Shown: piece after piece, positions 37,427 to 47,633 of the stretch
Layout of the letters: each line of letters starts with the position of its first letter
How positions within the stretch are numbered: position 1 is the first letter of the stretch
NCBI GenBank assembly: GCA_937923345.1
Contig: CAKZVJ010000164.1
Span: 4,052 to 68,051, forward strand
Origin: an uncultured Saprospiraceae bacterium
GTDB taxonomy: Bacteria > Bacteroidota > Bacteroidia > Chitinophagales > Saprospiraceae
Direction of reading: 5' to 3'
Length of the DNA: 64,000 nucleotides
The notes under the pieces: model-generated
Databases searched by the model: none
The model's input: only the letters and a program-made list of their open reading frames with translations
Told to the model about the DNA's origin: nothing
Translations under genes and position numbers: made by a program

Positions 37427-38395
37427 ATGAGTGTAAGAAAATATCTACTATTTATAATAGTTAACTCTCCTTTATTAATTTATGCCCAAATAAACGATAG
37501 TCTGAAGATTATTTGTGATTCGATTCAAGTAAAGCAAGACAGTACCTGCTGGTCTTGTGATGCTTTAATAAGAAGTAAAGACTATGATATAAAAGTAATT
37601 GATGATAGTATTTGTATTAATATCAGTTCCATCGATAGTCTCAAATTTTCAAAGAGCCAAGATGTCTACACATCAATTGATGAATATAAATTAAGTATCA
37701 ATGATATTGATCGCATAGAATATATCATTGTGCCTAAAAAGCTCTACGAATTGGAATGGAGCGAATCTTATATTGAATTTACTGCTTTAAGATTTCAGCC
37801 ATTATTCAAACATAGAAATAATACCAAAAAATTTGAAGAGGCTTCTGTCAGACTGTTATTAACCAATCAAAAGGATTCAACTCATTTCAAACATCTTTAT
37901 CGCTTATTAAAGGATAATATAGATGTAAGCCAAAACCATCTTTTGGCTAGTTGCGCAAGGGATAAATTTCATGAGTGGAGTGGAAAAGAAATTGATGCTA
38001 TTAGTATTACTGATTTAGAAGTTCCTATAAACCTTAATGGAGAAGCTTGTACCGAAAAAGGTATAGAAAAACTCCTTCTAAAATATCTAGTAGATCAAAA
38101 CATTAAAGGAGTTCTTGGTTATTTAGTGATCGATGAAAATAATCAGATGGAATTAATATGGACTGAGCAAAATAAGCTCTACAAACAATTGAATGATGAC
38201 TATCAATCATATCCTGGGATTAAAACTATGGTAGAGAATATTGGTCTGATTTCAGATAAACAAATCAAGGATATAATTCAACTTTTAGAAAAGCAAAATT
38301 GGAAATCTAGGCAATGTGAAAACAAAAACGAAAGATCATATATTGACATATTTATAAAGAACGAAAAATTTCAAGTCCTTGGACAAAACAAGTAA
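37427..38395 (+). CDS. hypothetical secreted protein
   Basis: Signal peptide (LLIYAQ). Very AT-rich coding sequence. No motif recognised. Confidence 0.5.
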   Translation: MSVRKYLLFIIVNSPLLIYAQINDSLKIICDSIQVKQDSTCWSCDALIRSKDYDIKVIDDSICINISSIDSLKFSKSQDVYTSIDEYKLSINDIDRIEYIIVPKKLYELEWSESYIEFTALRFQPLFKHRNNTKKFEEASVRLLLTNQKDSTHFKHLYRLLKDNIDVSQNHLLASCARDKFHEWSGKEIDAISITDLEVPINLNGEACTEKGIEKLLLKYLVDQNIKGVLGYLVIDENNQMELIWTEQNKLYKQLNDDYQSYPGIKTMVENIGLISDKQIKDIIQLLEKQNWKSRQCENKNERSYIDIFIKNEKFQVLGQNK

Positions 38396-38481
38396 TAAGT
38401 GTAAGTCCCATTAGACAAATTCTGTCCATCATAAGGTTTTTTTCCTTTGAAGTTTTTCTGCATGGATTTTTTTTAATCGCA

Positions 38482-39630
38482 TCAAAATAACTTCACAAAT
38501 CTTCCTTCTTCAAACTTAAGGACATTGCCATCGTCCATTGCGAACCATAGCTCACCATTCTTCGCCTGATAGATGTGCCAAATATGCATGCATGTAAGAC
38601 CATCCATGTAGGTGTAATTTTTCATGGTTTGACCATCATATCTCCAGGCACCGGTATCCCGATCTCCAAACCACATATTGCCCTCGGCATCCTCTCCAAT
38701 AGCGAAGATGTGTTCGAGTAGCAGATTAGATTCTTTGGTGATGCCTTTGAATACAGAATTCGCACTGGTTAAACCTTTGAGTTGCGAGAAATTGATGAAT
38801 TGATCACCCTCTTGCTTGAGGATTCCAATACCATTGTTGCCTATCCACATATTGCCTTTACTATCTTCGAAAAGTGCGCGGACGTGTAGTCCATTATTGA
38901 CATTCGGCTCCTCTGGGAGTTTGAGGTATTCATTATTGATGTAGGTGAATTCTTTGCCGTCATAACCTATCACCGCATTATAGGTCCCAAACCAGGTAGT
39001 GCCGTCCTTAGCTTTGAGAAATGGGGTGGATACGGACAGGCCCCAAGGGTCAATACCGCCTATAAAATCCTTTGGAAAGTGATGATAGTTTAATGATTTA
39101 CCGTCATAGCAGTACACTCCGATACTGCCTTCCTCTTCACTATGTCCAGTGCCCATGTCTGGTTTGAACCAGAGTGCATCTTTAGGAAATTTCCAGCGGG
39201 TTGGATTAGCGTAATTTCTTTCCTTTGGTGTGATAAGCTCAGTTCCATCATAGTAGCTCAACCCGTATCCCCCTTCAAACCAAATTTCACCATTAGCGTG
39301 TTCGTAGATGCTCCGTATTTGATTGCTACAGAGACCATCATCATAATCAAAGTAAGTGAATGAATTTCCATCATATTTGCATACGCCTTCCTTATCTGAG
39401 GCGATCCAGGTATTGCCTTGGCTATCTTTTAAGATATGTCTTATCCCAGATGTGAATTTCAAATATTTGGTACGATTAAAATGAAGATCAGAAACAAGTG
39501 ATTTGTACACATTGGATAATTTATTCCTTTTAGGTGATTCAACTTCAATTGGGCTACATGATAATAAGATGTATAGCGCTAGTAAAAAGAAGCAAGTTTG
39601 TTTTATGATCCATTTCATTAATAATATCAA
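38482..39630 (-). CDS. beta-propeller protein with two-component-regulator-propeller type repeats
   Basis: Repeated G[NE][IM]W[FI]G blades (GNTWIAS, GEIWFEG, GTTWFGT, GNMWIGN, GNMWFGD, GELWFAM). Lipoprotein-like signal ending LLSCS. Confidence 0.6.
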   Translation of the reverse strand: MILLMKWIIKQTCFFLLALYILLSCSPIEVESPKRNKLSNVYKSLVSDLHFNRTKYLKFTSGIRHILKDSQGNTWIASDKEGVCKYDGNSFTYFDYDDGLCSNQIRSIYEHANGEIWFEGGYGLSYYDGTELITPKERNYANPTRWKFPKDALWFKPDMGTGHSEEEGSIGVYCYDGKSLNYHHFPKDFIGGIDPWGLSVSTPFLKAKDGTTWFGTYNAVIGYDGKEFTYINNEYLKLPEEPNVNNGLHVRALFEDSKGNMWIGNNGIGILKQEGDQFINFSQLKGLTSANSVFKGITKESNLLLEHIFAIGEDAEGNMWFGDRDTGAWRYDGQTMKNYTYMDGLTCMHIWHIYQAKNGELWFAMDDGNVLKFEEGRFVKLF

Positions 39631-39977
39631 TTTTAAGTTGATAATGACATAAGCTAATCTTATGCGTTGAAATTGTTTAGTGAGTCCAGCAAATTATGTA
39701 TTTTGAGAACCAGATGAAGCAAAAACTAGAATGCGGTTTAAATTAACTAGTTAAAGCAAAGATTTCTATGGATCTCTACTAGATAGTGTAGACTTATCTT
39801 ACAAATATTCTCGTCAAGATTAATAGTTTACTAAATTATCTTTATTTGCAGGACATTTTCATTTCTTTTAGTAAAATATGAATAATAGATTCACCAATTA
39901 AAAGTAAGGAAAATGCTATAGTATTTTTTTCAAATTTATCTTTTGCGTAAGATTTAATAATAAAAAACAAATTAACA

Positions 39978-40982
39978 ATGGAGAGATTACAAATTTATGT
40001 GTCGATGATATTTCTACTTTCAATGTACACTTATACCATCAATGCGCAAACCCCTTTGTTTCCAAATTCGGTGGTGAGTAATGATATTGATTACATATTT
40101 GAATCGGATCCTGATTCTTTCGTTGGGAATATTTTCCTTGGTCGAGAAGATAGAGAAACACCTGGTGCTCCAGATGGGAGCAGCTTGTTTGATGTAGATA
40201 CTTATATTTTTGAAGCAAATTTTACAGACGGAGAAACAATCGAAATTTGGTGCCACAGTTCTTTTGAAAGTCAAGATGCTGCCCAAGAGTTTGCTGATAA
40301 ACTAGGGCCTAGACTCGGTAAGTTACCTATATTTCAAAGAAACATGTTAAACCACGTAGTAATTCATAATGGGGATGGTGGTGCTTTTGCCGAAATAGAA
40401 GGTCAATTTTTTATCCTTTATTCCGAAAATATGGATGCGAGAATTAGTACTAATGATTTGGAAGAAACTGTCTTTCATGAATCGGTACATTCTTCGTATC
40501 AGTTTATGTATCAAAATCATCCTGATTGGCTCGCTGCACAGGCAGCTGATCTTTCATTTGTTACGACCTTTGGGGAGAATAATCCTACCTTGGAGGATAT
40601 TGCCGAGTCTGCTCTTTTTGCTTATACATATCTCACCTATCCAGGAAGACTTGATGAAAGTATTGAAACTTGGTTGGAAGAAAACAATGCCAATAGATTA
40701 GAATTTTTTGGTAAGTTTTATGGTCAAACTACTAATGTAAGTGAAGTAGATTTACTCCAAGATCTAAGGATTAGCCCTAATCCTTCTAGAGGTAAATTTA
40801 CCTTGCATTCGGATGGAGCTTTAAATGGGGTAGTAAATATTATTAGCCTAGATGGGACCATTCTAAATTCACTACGGGTTGATAAGGAAAGTGAGTATAC
40901 CATAGATTTGAGCTCTTATGAAAATGGATTATATCTGATTTCAATACCAGGATATAAAGACGCAAAAGTTTTAAAATATTAA
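39978..40982 (+). CDS. T9SS C-terminal-sorting-domain protein with an HExxH motif
   Basis: Signal peptide. FHESVH (HExxH) in the N-terminal domain. C-terminal tail of about 80 aa, ISPNPSRGKFTL...GLYLISI...KVLKY, typical of type-A Por secretion tails. Confidence 0.65.
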   Translation: MERLQIYVSMIFLLSMYTYTINAQTPLFPNSVVSNDIDYIFESDPDSFVGNIFLGREDRETPGAPDGSSLFDVDTYIFEANFTDGETIEIWCHSSFESQDAAQEFADKLGPRLGKLPIFQRNMLNHVVIHNGDGGAFAEIEGQFFILYSENMDARISTNDLEETVFHESVHSSYQFMYQNHPDWLAAQAADLSFVTTFGENNPTLEDIAESALFAYTYLTYPGRLDESIETWLEENNANRLEFFGKFYGQTTNVSEVDLLQDLRISPNPSRGKFTLHSDGALNGVVNIISLDGTILNSLRVDKESEYTIDLSSYENGLYLISIPGYKDAKVLKY

Positions 40983-41099
40983 TTGAATCTGAGTATCACC
41001 CCGTTTTTAATTCAATAATCTTAAAAATGAATTAATCATTTAGAGATTTTAAGATGTAGAATGTTTTATCTCAACGAAATATGATATTTCTGAACATCC
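40981..41099 (-). repeat. 119-nt AT-rich interspersed repeat, copy B (inverted)
   Basis: Reverse complement aligns to 27677-27795. Begins inside the TAA stop codon (40980-40982) of the T9SS cargo gene. Confidence 0.85.
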
Positions 41100-41253
41100 C
41101 TACTTTGTCATGGTTTCTCTCAATAAGCAAAACAACCTGGAGCTATCTATAGCTCAGTTATTTTATTCTGAGAGTTGAGAGCTAGTAAAAAATAAAAACG
41201 ATAACCAATTCAACATTCAACCTACGACATAACGTTTATGCTAGATCCTACAT

Positions 41254-41290
41254 AAAAAAAGGGACGGATAATATCTCCGTCCCTTTTGTG
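41254..41290. terminator. bidirectional intrinsic terminator between the T9SS cargo gene and the thioredoxin-fold gene
   Basis: A7, GGGACGGA-taatatc-TCCGTCCC (41261-41284), TTTT. Confidence 0.7.
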
Positions 41291-41329
41291 CTGAGTTGAA
41301 CCCAAAACACTATTTACATTACCTAAATA

Positions 41330-41884
41330 TTATTCACCTTTTTGTGTAGCCATGAATTCATTAAAGTTTGAATTCTTGTAGTGCTCTTCTGCTGCAAACT
41401 TAAGCTCATTATACATCATAGGCGCCTCTTTGAAGCCGGGAGAAATCGCTATGCGCTCAAATTTTTCATTCAGCGTAACCACTGTAGGATAGCTCATTTT
41501 CCCTTCTAGCAGTGAATAAGCTAACATGTGTATTCCACCACGTCTAGAACCTTCTATTTCAACAAATTCAAATTTGTCTCCTCTGAAATTAATAGCATCA
41601 CGAGATTCTGCATCTAACTTCACTGCGTAAAAGTGTTCTTTTAGGTATGCAGCTACCTTAGGGTCAGTAAACGTCTTTTTGTCCATTACTTTGCACCAAC
41701 CGCACCAGCTTGTATATACGTCTACAAAAATCTTTTTAGGATTGGTCTCGTTGCGTTTAGCAGCTTCCTCCCAAGATAACCACTCTACTTTAGCTACCGT
41801 ATCATTGGCGGTAAAACTTGTTAAAGCCATTCCTGCAAAAACGATAAGGGCTAAAAAACTTATATATTTATAAACTTTCATCAA
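41330..41884 (-). CDS. thioredoxin-fold protein (secreted)
   Basis: Signal peptide and an SWCGWCK CxxC active site. Confidence 0.7.
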   Translation of the reverse strand: MMKVYKYISFLALIVFAGMALTSFTANDTVAKVEWLSWEEAAKRNETNPKKIFVDVYTSWCGWCKVMDKKTFTDPKVAAYLKEHFYAVKLDAESRDAINFRGDKFEFVEIEGSRRGGIHMLAYSLLEGKMSYPTVVTLNEKFERIAISPGFKEAPMMYNELKFAAEEHYKNSNFNEFMATQKGE

Positions 41885-42059
41885 TGCTGTTTATTTTTAT
41901 TGAAGACAAAGTAAGCTAAATCAATATGAGATGGTCGTATTCATCTCAGTTTAACAATATTTTAATCCAATAACTAAAAACAGCGACACACATAATAAAG
42001 TTGTTACATCGCAACAAAAGTCGCTTATTTTCATTTATACATGGTTGAAAGAGACAGAT

Positions 42060-42620
42060 ATGAAAAATAAAATTGTAGTAGCAATAGGCGGTTCTAGCGG
42101 TGCTTTGTATGCAAAAGTACTCCTAGATAAGTTGGTAAAAATGTCGTCTCAAATCGAAGCGGTAGGGATCGTAATGAGCGATAATGCCAAATACAATTGG
42201 CAATTAGAGGTGGGCGAAGATTCCTACAAGGAGTATCCCTTCACTATCTACGCTAAAAATGACTTCAATGCCCCTTTTGCTTCTGGTTCTGCCCAATATA
42301 ACACTATGATCGTTTGCCCATGCTCCATGGGTGTCCTGGGTCGAATAGCGAGTGGGGTCTCTGATGACTTGACGACACGATCAGCAGATGTTATCCTCAA
42401 AGAAAGACGGCGCTTAATCCTGGTGCCACGTGAAACCCCCTTAAGTCTTATTCATATTGAAAATATGAAGACAGTAACTTTGGCAGGGGGTATTATTTGT
42501 CCGGCAGTGCCTTCTTTTTATAGTCAGCCAAAAACCGCAGAAGAAATAGTCGCTACTGTCGTTGACAGAATACTTGATCTTGCTCAACTCGATGTGGAAA
42601 CTTACCGGTGGAATAGCTAG
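42060..42620 (+). CDS. ubiX: flavin prenyltransferase UbiX family
   Basis: IVVAIGGSSGALYA, CPCSMGVLGRIASG and LILVPRETPLS motifs. ATG 42060 preferred over the upstream TTG 42045. Confidence 0.9.
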   Translation: MKNKIVVAIGGSSGALYAKVLLDKLVKMSSQIEAVGIVMSDNAKYNWQLEVGEDSYKEYPFTIYAKNDFNAPFASGSAQYNTMIVCPCSMGVLGRIASGVSDDLTTRSADVILKERRRLILVPRETPLSLIHIENMKTVTLAGGIICPAVPSFYSQPKTAEEIVATVVDRILDLAQLDVETYRWNS

Positions 42621-42851
42621 TGCGCGTTTTTTATTTTTCTCTTAGATTACATTCATTCTTGGCTATCAAGCTGGTACATATTCATACTTATATATAGCCA
42701 CAAAAAACGTGGTTGACCATTTTTTTGAGGGAACTATTCTCTCTCAAGACTGGTTTCTTACTGTATAGTGACTGAAATATAACAGGCAGTCATACCTCCT
42801 TTCCTTCCCCTCGGGAACCCCTTTTTTTTAGATATTCGCTCCGACAGACTT

Positions 42852-43772
42852 ATGAACAAATCATTACTTGCGTTAGCCTGCATGGTATTCTGGCTATCGA
42901 CTGCTGCTCAAAATTTTAGTAAAAAGGTATTCTCACTTGGCGCTATACCGTCAAGCATAAAGTCAAAGGCGGTTGTGGATGTAGATGCCATGACACCATT
43001 CAAACTTGTAGGTGGGCTCACTTTTGTAGAAGGCATGCAAAATGGACAACGAGCCACTTATATATTGGATACTGGTGCTCCAGGGCTTATCCTGAATAAC
43101 AAACTGCAAGAGGCGGAATCTGCTGATCATTACATCGCAAGCGGTCTCACTGGCAATACGAGCATTGGCGAATATGTGGTAGATGAATTCAGAATATTGA
43201 ATATAACCAAACGTGGAATGCCAGCTCATCAGATGGATTTGGAACATATCGAAGACGAAATCTTACATCGTTTTGAAGGGCTAGTGGGGAGTGACATTTT
43301 CAATCAATCTATATTAATACTTGATTATAAAAATCAATTGTGGGGTACAGCTAGCGAAGCACCCCGTAAGCGTTTAGATGTGAGTATTCCATTTACATTA
43401 CAAGAACATTTCATAGTTATGGAGATCTCTATAGGGGGTAGGGATTTGAGGATGATCCTAGATACAGGTGCAGAGATAAGTATCATGGATGGTATGTCGT
43501 CTATCTGTTTAAAGGCAAAATTACTAAAAGACTCTGGATTCACTTCCATTCAAAGTGCTAGCAGTGAAAATACAGAGAGTAAGAATGTGGTAGTCAGTAA
43601 GTTTTTCATGGGTAAACATGTAGAGCGCAATCATGAGTTTTCCATTTTGGATTTTGACTTTATCAATGAAGGAATGTCCAATAAGCTAGATGGACTAATT
43701 GGGTTCCCTTTTCTAGAAGGTAAGAAAATTGCAATCGATTTTCCAAATCGCAAGATTCATATCTACAAATAA
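42852..43772 (+). CDS. secreted retropepsin-like aspartic protease with two DTG lobes
   Basis: Signal peptide and two catalytic-type motifs, YILDTGAPGLIL and MILDTGAEISIM, about 125 aa apart. Confidence 0.6.
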   Translation: MNKSLLALACMVFWLSTAAQNFSKKVFSLGAIPSSIKSKAVVDVDAMTPFKLVGGLTFVEGMQNGQRATYILDTGAPGLILNNKLQEAESADHYIASGLTGNTSIGEYVVDEFRILNITKRGMPAHQMDLEHIEDEILHRFEGLVGSDIFNQSILILDYKNQLWGTASEAPRKRLDVSIPFTLQEHFIVMEISIGGRDLRMILDTGAEISIMDGMSSICLKAKLLKDSGFTSIQSASSENTESKNVVVSKFFMGKHVERNHEFSILDFDFINEGMSNKLDGLIGFPFLEGKKIAIDFPNRKIHIYK

Positions 43773-43805
43773 TAGGAATTATACATTTCGTACCTTCGCC
43801 AGTAA

Positions 43806-45038
43806 ATGAAGCCGAATCCGATCAACACATATTTGACGAAACAGGCCAACTATCCCGCTATGATAACTGCGGCAGTTGATGAAGACTTGAGTTTAATTGT
43901 TGTTATTCCTTGTTTTAATGAACCGGCAATCACGGATACTTTGGATAGTCTGTCAGTATGTACTATTGAAGGAATCAAAGTAGAAGTTATTGTAGTAGTT
44001 AATCAAGGTGAAGAGGTAACACCAGACATCCACGCTCAAAATCAAAGGAGTCTATCTGAGCTCAAAGCCTGGTCCGCGTCCAATCAAGTATTTGAATTGT
44101 ATTCTTTACATATAGACAATATACCAGCTAAAAAAGCTGGTGTTGGTTACGCGCGAAAGACGGGCATGGATGAAGCGTTGCGGCGTTTAGCGAAAAGTCA
44201 ATCTTCTCATCGGATTATAGTTTGCCTTGATGCAGATAGCACTGTATCCACTAACTATTTAGAGGCTATTTATACCTATTTTAGTCATTATCCAAAATGC
44301 CCCGCAGCTGCAATCCATTATGAGCATCCATTTAATAATACTAACCATAAAGTCAATCAAGCCATTCTTGAGTATGAGCTACATTTGAGATATTATGTAT
44401 TAGCTCAGCGATGGGCAGGCTTACGATACGCACACCAAACCGTGGGGAGTTCTATGGCAGTGCGCGCTGAAGCATATGCTGCACAGGGGGGTATGAATAC
44501 TCGAAAGGCTGGAGAGGATTTTTATTTTATTCACAAGTTTACACATTACGCAGAATTTGGAAATATCTCAACAGCAAGCGTCTATCCTTCTGCTAGAATT
44601 TCTGATCGGGTACCATTTGGTACAGGTCGTGCGATGCACAATCTGCTATCAACTGAGGAATCGCTAATGAGCTATGCACCACAATCTTTTGGAGCCATTG
44701 CTAAACTGGTAAATCAATTACCGAATCTTTATGTTGGGAAAGCAATAAAGTCTTCAGAACCTATGTCATTTTTCCTAGGTAATCAAAACTACAAGCATAA
44801 AATAGAAGAATTGAGAAATAATACTTCCGATTACATAGCGTTTGAAAAGCGGTTCTTTAGATGGTTTGATGCATTTTTGTGCATGAAGTTTTTGCACTTT
44901 AGTCGGGATCAGTTTCACCCCAATATTCCTATTCTAGAAGCCGCTCAATGGTTAAATCAGATTTACTTTAAGGGTGACAATACACTAGGAGAGTTAGAAT
45001 TATTGACTAAATTTAGGTCAGAATCAAAAGCCTACTAA
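43806..45038 (+). CDS. glycosyltransferase family 2
   Basis: LIVVIPCFNEP N-terminal GT-A signature and the CLDADS (DxD) motif. Confidence 0.65.
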   Translation: MKPNPINTYLTKQANYPAMITAAVDEDLSLIVVIPCFNEPAITDTLDSLSVCTIEGIKVEVIVVVNQGEEVTPDIHAQNQRSLSELKAWSASNQVFELYSLHIDNIPAKKAGVGYARKTGMDEALRRLAKSQSSHRIIVCLDADSTVSTNYLEAIYTYFSHYPKCPAAAIHYEHPFNNTNHKVNQAILEYELHLRYYVLAQRWAGLRYAHQTVGSSMAVRAEAYAAQGGMNTRKAGEDFYFIHKFTHYAEFGNISTASVYPSARISDRVPFGTGRAMHNLLSTEESLMSYAPQSFGAIAKLVNQLPNLYVGKAIKSSEPMSFFLGNQNYKHKIEELRNNTSDYIAFEKRFFRWFDAFLCMKFLHFSRDQFHPNIPILEAAQWLNQIYFKGDNTLGELELLTKFRSESKAY

Positions 45039-45496
45039 TGAAAAAGATTGCTGTATTTCCAGGTTCCTTCGACCCAATCACTACGGGGCATGAAGATTTA
45101 GTAAAACGCGCAGTGCCTTTGTTCGATAAGATAATTGTAGCAGTAGGCGTAAACTCGTCCAAAAAGTATCTCTTTCCGTTAGAACAACGCTTGAAGTGGC
45201 TCGAAAAGGTATTCGAAAGTGAGCCAACAGTCGAGGTAAGTTATTTTAAAGGTCTAACAGCTAATTTCTGCACTTCTGTGCACTCAAATTATTTACTCCG
45301 TGGTTTGCGTAATGCAAGCGACTTTGATTATGAGAAAACTATATCACAACTCAACAATATCGTAGGGGATGGCTTAGAAACTATTTTCTTGATTTCTAGA
45401 CCAGAATTTTCTCATATCAGTAGCACCATAGTACGAGAAATCATCAAGGGTAAAGGGGATGTAAGTCCTTTTGTGCCCTCAGGGATTAAAATTTGA
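45038..45496 (+). CDS. coaD: pantetheine-phosphate adenylyltransferase
   Basis: FPGSFDPITTGHEDL and ISSTIVREI motifs. The start overlaps the upstream stop (TAATG). Confidence 0.95.
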   Translation: MKKIAVFPGSFDPITTGHEDLVKRAVPLFDKIIVAVGVNSSKKYLFPLEQRLKWLEKVFESEPTVEVSYFKGLTANFCTSVHSNYLLRGLRNASDFDYEKTISQLNNIVGDGLETIFLISRPEFSHISSTIVREIIKGKGDVSPFVPSGIKI

Positions 45497-45804
45497 GTTT
45501 GCATACGCCTATGCTCATAATATGACCCACATAAATTCTTTTTGTAGTAACCAGAATTGATAGAGGTGCCTTAAAATTATTTAAAAATATCTCCCTTATA
45601 CATCTAAAGGGGCTGCGCTTTGTTTGCTATATGCAAGTTTTATTTTCTCTTGATACCATGCCTAAGTAGTTTCAATGCACAAAGGCTTATTCAATAAGGC
45701 ACTTATCTTATAATGCCGTACTTATCATTCAAACTATTCTAAGCAAGGAGGTGTTGTATGTGAGTATTAGATTGAGCACTTACAAAATATTGTTTATACT
45801 ACAC

Positions 45805-45835
45805 TTTGTACGTCCGCTTAATAAAGTTACTTTTG
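45805..45835 (+). promoter_or_regulatory. Bacteroidota-type promoter for pruA
   Basis: TTTG at 45805-45808, 19-nt spacer, TACTTTTG at 45828-45835, ATG at 45862. Confidence 0.55.
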
Positions 45836-45861
45836 CAACCTAAATTAAAAATCAAAGAAAG

Positions 45862-47493
45862 ATGGCAAACGCATATTTTGAAGTACCCATGGCATATAAC
45901 GAACCTGTGTTTGATTATGCTCCTGGCAGTCCAGAAAGAACAGCTGTAAAATCAGCTCTCGCCGCTCTCAAGAAAAAGGAGCTAGATATTCCAATGATTA
46001 TCAATGGAAAGAAAGTTAAAACTAAAAAGAAAATCGCGATTCACCCTCCCCATGATACTAAGCACGTTTTAGGCCATTTCAATAAAGGAGAAGGTAAACA
46101 CGTAAAAGATGCCATTAATGCTGCACTTAAAGCTAAGAGCGCATGGGAAGAAATGCCTTGGCAGCATAGAGCAAACATATTCTTAAAAGCTGCAGATTTG
46201 TTAGCTGGTCCATATAGAGCTAAAATGAACGCCGCTACTATGTTGGCCCAATCTAAGAACATCTATCAGGCCGAGATAGATGCGGTTGCTGAGCTATGTG
46301 ATTTTTTTAGATTCAACGCACAGTATATGACTGAAATCTATACGCAACAGCCAGAAAGTGTACCAGGTATTTGGAATAGATTAGAATTTAGAGCTTTAGA
46401 AGGATTTCTATTTGCTATTACACCTTTCAATTTTACTAGTATTGCTGGTAATCTTCCGTGTGCACCTGCAATGATGGGCAATACTGTGATATGGAAAGCT
46501 GCTGAAACACAAATTTACTCCGCTATAGTAATTATGGAGATTTTGGAAGAAGCTGGCTTACCTCCAGGGGTTATTAACTTGATTCATGTTGATGGTCCAG
46601 TTGCAGGAGATATTATTTTTTCTCATGAAGATTTTGCAGGACTACACTTTACTGGTTCTACCAAAATATTTAATTCTCTTTGGTCTACAATTGGTAATAA
46701 CCTTTCTAAATATAAGACCTATCCAAGGATAGTAGGGGAGACTGGAGGTAAAGATTTTGTCATAGCACACTCATCAGCAGACGCAAAACAAGTGGCTACA
46801 GCATTGAGTAGAGGTGCATTTGAATACCAAGGCCAAAAATGTTCCGCTGCCAGTAGAGCCTATATTCCTAAAAACTTATGGAAGAGCGTAGAAAAGCATT
46901 TGTTAGCTGATTTGGAGACTATGAAAATGGGGTCACCAGAAGACTTCTCTAACTTCATTAATGCAGTTATAGACGAAAGAGCATTTGATAAGATAAGCCA
47001 CTTTATCGCGCAAGCAAAGAAAGCTAAGAAGGCTAAAATTATAGCTGGAGGCGGATACAGCAAGTCAAAAGGATACTTCGTAGAGCCAACAGTTATAGTC
47101 ACTACTGATCCAAACTATGACAGCATGGAAAAAGAAATCTTCGGACCTGTATTGACCATCTATGTCTACGATCCAAAGAAGTTTGACAAGATGCTAGAGA
47201 AAGTGGATTCTACTTCTCCTTATGCCTTGACAGGAGCCATCTTTGCTAAAGATAGATATGCGATTGAAGAAGCCGAAAGAGCGCTAAAAAATGCAGCGGG
47301 TAACTTCTATATCAATGATAAGCCAACTGGCGCTGTAGTAGGACAACAACCTTTCGGAGGGGCAAGAGCTTCGGGTACAAATGATAAAGCAGGGTCTATA
47401 TTGAATTTATTTAGATGGGTTTCTCCTCGTACGATCAAAGAGAACTTTAATCCACCTACAAACTATAGATATCCGTTTTTAGAAAAAGCATAA
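45862..47493 (+). CDS. pruA: L-glutamate gamma-semialdehyde (1-pyrroline-5-carboxylate) dehydrogenase
   Basis: Aldehyde dehydrogenase fold with ETGGKDF and GQKCSAASR catalytic Glu/Cys motifs. Length and N-terminus are typical of PruA/RocA. Confidence 0.9.
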   Translation: MANAYFEVPMAYNEPVFDYAPGSPERTAVKSALAALKKKELDIPMIINGKKVKTKKKIAIHPPHDTKHVLGHFNKGEGKHVKDAINAALKAKSAWEEMPWQHRANIFLKAADLLAGPYRAKMNAATMLAQSKNIYQAEIDAVAELCDFFRFNAQYMTEIYTQQPESVPGIWNRLEFRALEGFLFAITPFNFTSIAGNLPCAPAMMGNTVIWKAAETQIYSAIVIMEILEEAGLPPGVINLIHVDGPVAGDIIFSHEDFAGLHFTGSTKIFNSLWSTIGNNLSKYKTYPRIVGETGGKDFVIAHSSADAKQVATALSRGAFEYQGQKCSAASRAYIPKNLWKSVEKHLLADLETMKMGSPEDFSNFINAVIDERAFDKISHFIAQAKKAKKAKIIAGGGYSKSKGYFVEPTVIVTTDPNYDSMEKEIFGPVLTIYVYDPKKFDKMLEKVDSTSPYALTGAIFAKDRYAIEEAERALKNAAGNFYINDKPTGAVVGQQPFGGARASGTNDKAGSILNLFRWVSPRTIKENFNPPTNYRYPFLEKA

Positions 47494-47537
47494 ACAAGAA
47501 CAACGTTTCTTGTTCTTGAGTATCGATAGGTACTAAT

Positions 47538-47594
47538 AAAAAAATTATGGTCAGCAATGAGGTCCTTCGGGGCTGAGTTGCTGACCTTTTTTTT
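47538..47594. terminator. bidirectional intrinsic terminator between pruA and the anti-sigma gene
   Basis: A7, GGTCAGCAA (47549-47557) / TTGCTGACC (47578-47586) with an inner GC-rich hairpin, then T8. Confidence 0.75.
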
Positions 47595-47633
47595 GGGACA
47601 TAGGTTTCCTCTTAATAGATACCTTATGTTAAC

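Noticed and set aside
27677-41099. The two inverted 119-nt repeats as terminal inverted repeats of a 13-kb composite mobile element
   Set aside because: The interior holds housekeeping genes (beta-oxidation pair, exbBD-tonB, folC). It has no transposase, integrase or conjugation gene, and no flanking direct repeats are visible. Independent copies of a small repeat are more plausible.
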